This document shows positions 56,091 to 64,000 of a stretch of DNA of 64,000 nucleotides, one piece after another. Position numbers and translations under genes: made by a program. Source of the stretch: Stegostoma tigrinum (taxonomy: Eukaryota); the NCBI RefSeq assembly GCF_030684315.1, contig NC_081366.1:47964078-48028077 (forward strand), written 5' to 3'. Below the pieces are notes generated by a model. The model worked only from the letters and a program-made list of their open reading frames with translations. It was not told the DNA's origin and ran no database searches. Numbering within the stretch: position 1 is the stretch's first letter; each line of letters starts with the position of its first letter.

Positions 56091-58389
56091 TTCTGAAGTT
56101 GCCAGGCATCCTCACCGTTGTCAAGCTTAATGAGTTACATTGCCTCAATTTTAAGGCTTATCCTTGTGATCAAATCCTTCCGTGGCCTCACCACTCGCTA
56201 TTTGTAATCTCCTGTAGATCTGTTTTCATGTTAGATCTCAGTACTCCTCAAGTTCTGACCTTTGGTTTTAATTTGCCCTGTTCTTAGGCCATAAGCTATG
56301 GAATTTCCTCCCCAAACCTCTTTTCCACATTGCCGCCTCTTAAGGCCCTAGCTAAAGCCTACTGCTTTGACCAAGTGGCCATTTATCCTTGTGATTCAGC
56401 ATTATATTTTGTTTTCTTTCACTCCTGTAAAATTACTACATTAAAGGTACCATAGAAATGGAAATTGTTATACAAGAGCTCTGCCCTGTGAGAGACTATT
56501 TGCCTTGCATTTTAGTTTGCCGCGGCTGCCTGATTGACAGGTTCTCCAACTCTTAATTTGGTTAGAAGTTCCATATTTATGGTTGCACAGGTTAGTTTAT
56601 GATCTTGTCTTTAATGAAGCTTGGCAACAAGAAATCAGCTGTTTTTCCCCTTATCTGAAGTACGAGAGATGGTGTAGGAGACCACTAATGCTTTAGTCCC
56701 ATTGCTCCATGGATCACGATGTAAGTGAGGAAAGTATTCTGATATCATCAAAATTCCCAATTTAATAGCTTATTTGTATCAGGTTTTCGAATAAAATGAT
56801 CTATCAACCAAGTTTCTTAATAAACCATTATTTGTTGGTTACAGATACAAACTTTATCAATAAAAATGGAATATTGGTTAGCATGTAAACAGTTATTTGT
56901 TTACATTTCCCCTAGGTGCACATAAGCAAATGTGCACACTTCAGGAAATGAGAAACACGATTGGCGGGAAAGCAAAAGGATAATCAGCATGTTTCCAAGT
57001 CTGGTTGAAGTATTCAGGCATGTGTGGTGTAGTTATCTTAAACTTTGGGGATATGGATAATTCAAAGAAAGTACTTAAAGTCTTCTCTAAACAAGTTGCA
57101 TCAAGCTGATGCAAAGTTAAATAAAATAACAATTACTTTAAACTGAAGCTGAAGCTGAGCGAGTTCCAAAATGTTACGATATTAAACGTAGTATTGTGGT
57201 GATTGTAGATATGTGGATGAAGAGTGGCAGTTCACCAGGTAGTACTGCCCAAATGTTGAGAACAAATATTAAGGGTAGGCAATGACATTCCTACAGCAGG
57301 GCATGTAGGGATCCAGACGAATGAAGCACGCACAGGTCAACAATTTTATGGCCAGGTCTTTACAAGGACATGTAACAGTTTTGTAAAATGTGACATGGCA
57401 GGAAAATGACATTATGCTTTAAGCTAGCATCTTTAATTACCAAACCAGTTTTAAAAGGAACCATTTAGTAGGATATTGGTACGTTGTATGGAACCTTTTA
57501 CTGAATTTTAAAGCAGAACAGCAGTGTTTCCTTGCTATCATGGATGTGGTCGCTTGATGGATATGATCACTTGATTCCCAGAGACTCTGTCCTAGAGAGC
57601 AGTTAATGCTTAGGTAGTAGTAGATGTGAAATACTCATAGAGATGCAACCACAAAACAAGGTTTTAACATTATGTCTCAAATATATCAAGAGATTATGGG
57701 TTATCTGGGTATTTAAAAAAGAAATGTCTTCAGCATGCAAAGATATAAGAAACTTTAGAAATGTACCTTCGAACCCTTGATGATGAGGTCGCACTGCGTG
57801 AATATTCTCATTACTGATATTTCTTTAGTTTGTTACATGAGATTCCCCTAAGTAATCTCATTTTTGTCTTTTGAAACTAACCAAAAGTAAAGATTTTAGG
57901 GCAAAAGGGCTATGTATCAGTTTTCTCAGAATAGCTGATTTGGGATTAAAAGAACACCATAAAACATTGTAAACAACCATGAAACAATGGGTTGACAAGT
58001 AGGGATGGGGTGCTAGTATTATTGCCTTTACAGGATGAACTGTTGAATATACAGTTCAGTGCTCCAAGTGGCAATGTGGTAGAGGGATGCCTAGAAAATT
58101 TGTGCCTGGTTATCTAACACTGGCTTTTAAAAAAGTTTATACATCATTGTTTCATACTTAGGCCTTTTCATTCCTATGCTTTCTAACTTGTTCTTAATGG
58201 ACCTTGCATGTAAATTAAACAGTTAGAAAACATGAGTAATGTACTGGTGCTGGTTAATAGATTAAAAATACCACAAGTGATTTGGTGATGAAGGTGTGGG
58301 GGAATGAAATGTTCAGTTGTGTGTAAAAGCAATTCTGGATATAGGAAAAGTAAAACGGAAAGAACTAACCAGGATATTCTGAATTTAAA

Positions 58390-58550
58390 ACTAAAAACAA
58401 ATTGCTAGAAATCTCTGCAAGATTCTGAAGAAAGGACACTGGACTGAAACTGATCCCCTTTTTCTCTTCACAGAGGTTGCCAGACTACTGCGATTCTTCA
58501 GCAATTTCTGCTGTTATTTCAGATTTTCAGCATCCATGTTATTTTGTTTT
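58390..58550 (+). mobile_element. Old short PLE-type 3'-end copy with partial inverted arm
   Basis: ctgaagaaaggacactggactgaaac core followed by cagcaatttctg...cagcatc. Confidence 0.45.
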
Positions 58551-58719
58551 ATCACCCCAACTTTAAAGCAGTATGAAGGGACAAACAAGAATGTACAACT
58601 TTTGCCGTAGATGATGTGGATGTAGGAGAATCCTCTGATAACAGACTACTCTAACTAACTGATCCAAAGAAACAGGCTCAGGTGAAACCAAAAATCCAGT
58701 ACATGTGCAAAAATACCTA

Positions 58720-59020
58720 ACTGAACCTAACCAAAGCAACTGGAGTTGAGCCTGATTGTTCAACCATAATATGCATAGACTACAGAAAGGGGAATGCAGT
58801 AATAAGGACAGACCCCTATCCAATCCCTTGCCTAGAAGACTGTAATGATGGAATTGGCAGTTCCAGATTTCTTACCAAAGTAAATTTGTTGAAGAAATGC
58901 TGGTAAGTGCACTTATCATCCAGAGCTAAAGAAATATCAACTTCTGTAATGCAATAAAAAAATTCCTGCAAATTACCAGAGACTGATTAACCAAAGGGTA
59001 ACTGGTGTTCCGAATTGTGC
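58720..59020 (+). mobile_element. Gypsy reverse transcriptase relic
   Basis: Reads, with a frameshift, CIDYRK.NAVIRTDPYPIPCLEDCNDGIGSSRFLTKVNLLKKCW*VHLSSRAKEISTSV, a classic Gypsy RT N-terminal block. Confidence 0.8.
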
Positions 59021-59240
59021 AATTGACAGGTTTTCATTTTACAGAATGTACTCACTGTAAAAGTTTACAGGTTTGAGTTTGATTTCATTTTAATGGTGTG
59101 AATGGTAACATTTATGGAGACTGGTGCAAACATCAGTGGCAAAGCAGGATTTGTAAGCATGTAGCTTGCTACACCAACCCCAATGTATAGCATTTCATTT
59201 TTTGCACTTATATATTGTAATATTTGAAAGGGCCATTTGC

Positions 59241-61085
59241 AGAGTCATAGAGTTATACAGCATGGAAACAAATCCTTTGGTCCAACTCGTCCATGTTGAC
59301 CAAACTTGCCAATCTGACCTAGTCCCATTGCCAGTATTTGACTCATATCCCTCTAAACTCTTAATAGACCATCTGACAACATCTTTGGCTTTAGGAGAAG
59401 TATTTTGTCCTCGTTTTTTTTTCATCTCATCGTACTCCCCGGACATGTCCTCTGATACTGATGCAAATACCTCACTATCTCTGCTTACCAACTTTGTTTG
59501 AATCAATAATACCGACATGGTCACCAGCCATTTCATTTGTTTAGCCACTTTCTCAAATGAAATGAAATTTTTTTTCTATGTTAATGCTTGGATTTATTTA
59601 AACAGATCCCCACTAAGCCTTTGGCTATGATGGGATTGCTCTCCATCACTGTCCTCATCACTCCTTTTACTTTTCACCTCTATCACCATCATTTTAATTG
59701 ACTTTGTGTTTTCAGTTCCAACCCCAAGTTCAAAAACTCTCTTTTTATCTTCCTTCTCCTTTCTCCCTTTTTTCTGCTAGGGCCTTTCTCTCCTTTCTCC
59801 TCTGCTTTTAATTGCAAGTCAAACCGTTTAATTTACAACTGAATTTTTGCCAATTCCAAAGATTCCTGGCAATTGTAAATGCTGTGCGGTTGCCACTATT
59901 TCCTCACAGGCAACTTCAACTTGTCTGCCAATTCTGAAAGCTTTTCCTTGCTCCCTCTCTGTAAAACACCCAAAGTGTCTTCTTCCATCCCCAGGAAACG
60001 CCTCATGACTAAAAGAATCATTACTGCACAAGGCACACCCTATTCAAATCCACCATCCAAAATAAAGAGATACCAACTCTTACCACTCAGTGCTGGAGTC
60101 CAACAATCCTAAACCCAACTTGGAAATACAGATTTTGATCCCAACAACAGTGTCCAATTTGTTATGGACCAGACTAAACTCCCTCAAAATATATCCCTAA
60201 CACTAACTTTTTCTTATTTTAATGGTAAGTCTAAGATTATGTGGTCCAGATGTAATGCAATGGGTCAAACTATTCAACATTAAGCAAAATTCACTTTATT
60301 TATATACCAGTTAAAATATTGACAAAATAAAAATAAAATAATTGGCTTAACTGTAATTATCAAAATGCATATATTAACTGTTCCAACGTAGTAACAATGC
60401 GTAAACACACCCTTGGCTAGGGTAAATTCAGTAAAACAAATTCCACTCACATGGAGTGCTAGCAGCAGGAAGAGAGCCTCCAGCTTTTAGTTGTGACAGA
60501 GAGGGGAATACGATTCCACATCCAGTTTCAAGAACCTAGCTACTGCTACTGAAAAACGCAAACTAAAAATTATGGCTCTGGGGAGCTTGACACCACCTAT
60601 TCAGGCTATTTCTATTTTTCCAACTTCTGAAAAAGCCTCTCTGATGTTTGCTTTATTGGATTCAAATAGAGTTTGGCACATCTGCCTTAAAACCTCTCTT
60701 CAAAAAAGAAAACTAGGACAAAATACACCTCTTAAAGCCATAGTATCATCACAACTCACCCAGATATATTTTAAATGTTGTAATTGTATCTACTTCCACC
60801 ACTTCCTCTGGCAGCTCAATCTGTACACACACCACCCTCTGCATGAAAAGTTGCAACTCAGGTCCTTTGAAAATCTAGTTTTGGACTCCCCCGTCCCAGG
60901 CAAAAAACCTTACCTACTCCCCTGTCCATGCCCCTCAGCCTCTAATATTCCAGGGGAAAAAGGCCACAGCCTATTCAGCCTTTCCTTATAACACAAATCC
61001 TCCAGTCCAAGCAACACTGTTGTAAATGTTTTCTGCACCCTCTCAAGTTTAACAATACATTTCCTGTAGAAGGTGACCAGAATTG
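59241..61085 (-). mobile_element. CR1 3' fragment split by the Gypsy-derived insert (pieces ~59241-59371 and ~60754-61085)
   Basis: agagtcatagag...ccctctaaac tail continues after 60753 as cccagatatattttaaatgttgtaattgta...cttcctctggcagctc. Confidence 0.7.
59372..60753 (-). mobile_element. Truncated Gypsy LTR element: LTR (~60160-60753) plus gag relic (~59420-60050)
   Basis: Minus strand FFISFEKVAKQMKWLVTMSVLLIQTKLVSRDSEVFASVSEDMSGEYDEMKK resembles vertebrate Gypsy gag. The LTR-like block is bounded by tgttatg...atcaca. Confidence 0.7.
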
Positions 61086-62561
61086 CTGTTGTTTTGGAAA
61101 TGACAGTTGAGTGATTTGATCAAAAAACTTGTCAAAAGTAAATCTGCAAAGGCAGAAGCGCTAAGAGCATATCAAAGGTCAAGGTCATGTGCTTCAAAGG
61201 ACAGCAAAAATACATGCACCTGTGGACCTAGCTGCCCCTTACATAAATGGCAATTCTTGAGGCTTTTGGAAATGCATAGCTTTCTATACATAGTTTGTGC
61301 TAAAATTTAATAATATTGCACCAATTGTTAATTTGCTTCAAAAGGAAACCAGGGTAATGTGGTCAGGGAAGTGCCAGGCATCATTTGAGAAGTCGAATAC
61401 AACATTGATCAACGAACTGGCAATAAATTTGGCTGCTCCAAATTTCACGAAGCCCTTTTAAGTAACAATTGGTACTGGTTACTTTGTAGTAGGTGCAGTC
61501 CTTTTACAAGGTGAGTTGTGCATGGAAATGTTAATAGAACATTTTGTTTTTTGAAAAGCTACATTAACACCTAAAGAAATACTCCACAATGGGGAGTAGA
61601 AGAATCCTTAGGATTTCTGTGAGTTATTAAGCATATTAAAACATAGGTCTTTCAGGTCTATAAAGAGACACTGGTATAGACTGTATGTAATCCCTTAGGC
61701 TTTGTGAAATTCAAACTGAAATGCTGGACTATTTCGATGGCGGAGGTTGCTATAATAGCCTTAGCTTTTAGAGGTACTATTTTATTTTCCTTAATGTGAA
61801 CAATATAATTCCTGATGGTTCATCAAGAATATAAATTGTGTAATCCAAGTAACAATATGGTATCAGAGAGCACGACAGATGATAGGATAAAAAGAGAAAA
61901 TGTGAATTAGCGTGTCAATATCTTAATTTTTTGATTTATTCTTGTCAACTTGGAATTAAAATGCATGTAAAAACTGCATTTTGTTTTTTCAATGGTGCAG
62001 GTTATGAAGATATTTCATATTAAATATTTTTGGGGAATGTGTTCAAGAATGGTAGAGGTTGTTTATTTTTAAGTTAGATTGAGCTTTCTTTTTAAACTAG
62101 GTATTTTTTGCAAACCACATGGCTCAGATAATTGTTAGTCTTGATTGTTTGAACTCATTTTAGGGAAAGTGCCTTTTATGATAGGATTTTTATGGTTACA
62201 AACAGTATTTTCAGTCCTGGAGTTTGTGTTTGGACTTTTCAGTTAAAGAAAGCTTGCTGTAGAACAATTTATTCAACTCCTATTTCTGAAGCACCTTTTG
62301 TGATGAATTCAGTGTGAGACTAGATTGTTCATCTGGAAGAGGGACTAAAAGAATTTCACAACAATCTATTTCCTGAAAAAGCAGTGTCTGCCAAGACTCC
62401 AGCAACAATCATGCATGATCAGTGACTTGGTCAAATGAACAAGAATACCAGATTGAAGGACTTCAGAACTTCCTATGCCTTTTCTTTTATATTTACTTTC
62501 AAGAATGACCACCATTGGCCAAAAATGAATTTTTGCAAATGTGTTTATCCCACTTACTTGA

Positions 62562-62564
<3 letters not shown>

Positions 62565-62608
<44 letters not shown>
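62565..62608. repeat. (GT)22 microsatellite
   Basis: Perfect dinucleotide run. Confidence 0.95.
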
Positions 62609-62610
<2 letters not shown>

Positions 62611-63290
62611 TTTCAGAAAATAAGCTTGTGCTAATAAATTGTGTGTATTAACCAATTTTGTATTTTTATTAAAATTGGTTTTGTTTTGAGGAGAATCAAG
62701 AATTGAATTTGGAGCAGTTTATTTTGTTTCATTTCTCTCTGAGCAGGTTCACTTCAGTTCAGTGGAAACCAGTAACTGCTGCAGCAGTTTTCTACTTTGT
62801 GAAGTTTCCAATCCAGGAGATTTTTGGATAGAAATCCTCAGATTCAAAGAATCGGGAAAGGTTTAGACAATCAGAATTGTGGAAGGTTCATGCTGTCGGA
62901 CCCAGAGAGGAATTGTAAAATTTATTTCTTCAGTTCAAGTAAAGGAAACTGATGGAGCCTGTAAAATAGAAACATAAAATGCTGAGTCACAAGTATAATA
63001 TCCCATGACTTGAGTCGCTGTAATTGATATTATTGTTAAATCAGGTTGAAATCTTGTTTTAATGTTTGGCTTATGACCTTGCTAACTGTGGGAAAAAGAA
63101 GTATATGTAGCTTAGTTTGCTTGTTTTATTTCTTTTGTCTCTGTTTTTAAAGAATATTTGCTTCTTCATATGATTTTTTTTCAGTGCCTGTTCATCGCAT
63201 TAACTAAATAAACAAATAAATTAAGCATATGATTTATACCAAGCGAGATTTCAATCTGGGATAGTCATACCAACAGCTGCAATCATAATA
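62605..63290 (+). mobile_element. Possible solo LTR-like repeat
   Basis: Non-coding block resembling the reverse complement of the other LTR-like blocks; termini unresolved. Confidence 0.25.
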
Positions 63291-64000
63291 TATGGAGTGA
63301 ATGTATAAAATCCGATCTGATGTCAATGATACACAAAAATAGCAACTTTTTATACAGTTATACTAATTACATGGCAAGAGACTATTTGAAGTAATTCTCT
63401 GTATAGCTGGAAGGAACGCATCCATTCTCTCTCTCAATCTCCAGCTGCTGATAAACTTCACTACGAGCTAGTATTGAATCAGTTCTAGTGTAGTAAAGGG
63501 TTTTCAGCCCAGTGTTAAAGACCTAACTGACACGAGCAGAAACCTGAGTAAGAATATTAGTAGCAATTCACTGTGACTTTTGCATTAAATGCTTAATACT
63601 ACTACTTTTAAACCGTAATATTTATCTGTCTGAAAGTATCAGAATTAAAAGCAGGAAGATATTAAAAGACCTGAAGAATTTAGGTGCCTACCACTCTACC
63701 AATTAGACTGAGCAATATAGTACTCTTAAACTAAATTATCAATTTAATTTTGAAGGTATTTGTAGGCTGATGATTGCTTTATTACTCTAAGCACTTCTTT
63801 TAGACCAACTGCATTTTGCAGTCAGTAGTAAATGAGAAATATTTGCAATTCGTTATTACTTAAAAGTTGTTCACAGGCTCTGTGGGGTTTTGAGTGACAT
63901 TTTGTTAATCTAATTGCACAGCCATTTTGTTGCAGTGCTGTTTCCATGGAACCTTGACCAGCTTGAGCAGAGTGAATGTGTGTCTACGAACAATCAGGTT

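Noticed and set aside
55200-64000. 3' exon of HTR4 on the minus strand (expected from human synteny)
   Set aside because: No GPCR or HTR4 C-terminal sequence was recognised in this stretch.

Overview
Eukaryotic, AT-rich vertebrate genomic DNA, most likely from a shark or other cartilaginous fish (inferred from HE1-type tRNA SINEs and abundant CR1 LINEs). The window holds the 3' part of FBXO38 on the + strand: 14 coding exons from 10204 to the TGA at 52256-52258. All introns are GT-AG and the phases are mutually consistent, giving 2605 coding nt (about 867 aa). The upstream exons, including the F-box, were not found in the window. Introns and the 3' flank are packed with decayed CR1 and L2-like LINEs, SINEs, Gypsy gag/RT/LTR relics and at least two families of Penelope-like elements (PLEs). 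The most striking structure is a set of fold-back PLE insertions with clear target-site duplications. Their arms carry a minimal hammerhead-ribozyme core (CUGAUGA-stemII-GAAAC-GUC), and one is a near-perfect ~650-bp inverted repeat inside an FBXO38 intron. Other leads are an exon that regenerates the upstream 5' splice site (recursive-splicing candidate), a relic antisense ORF of unknown origin, a Gypsy remnant with inverted LTR termini and a CR1 tail abutting the last-exon branch point. Repeat boundaries were read by eye and are approximate unless a TSD is quoted. No database search was run.
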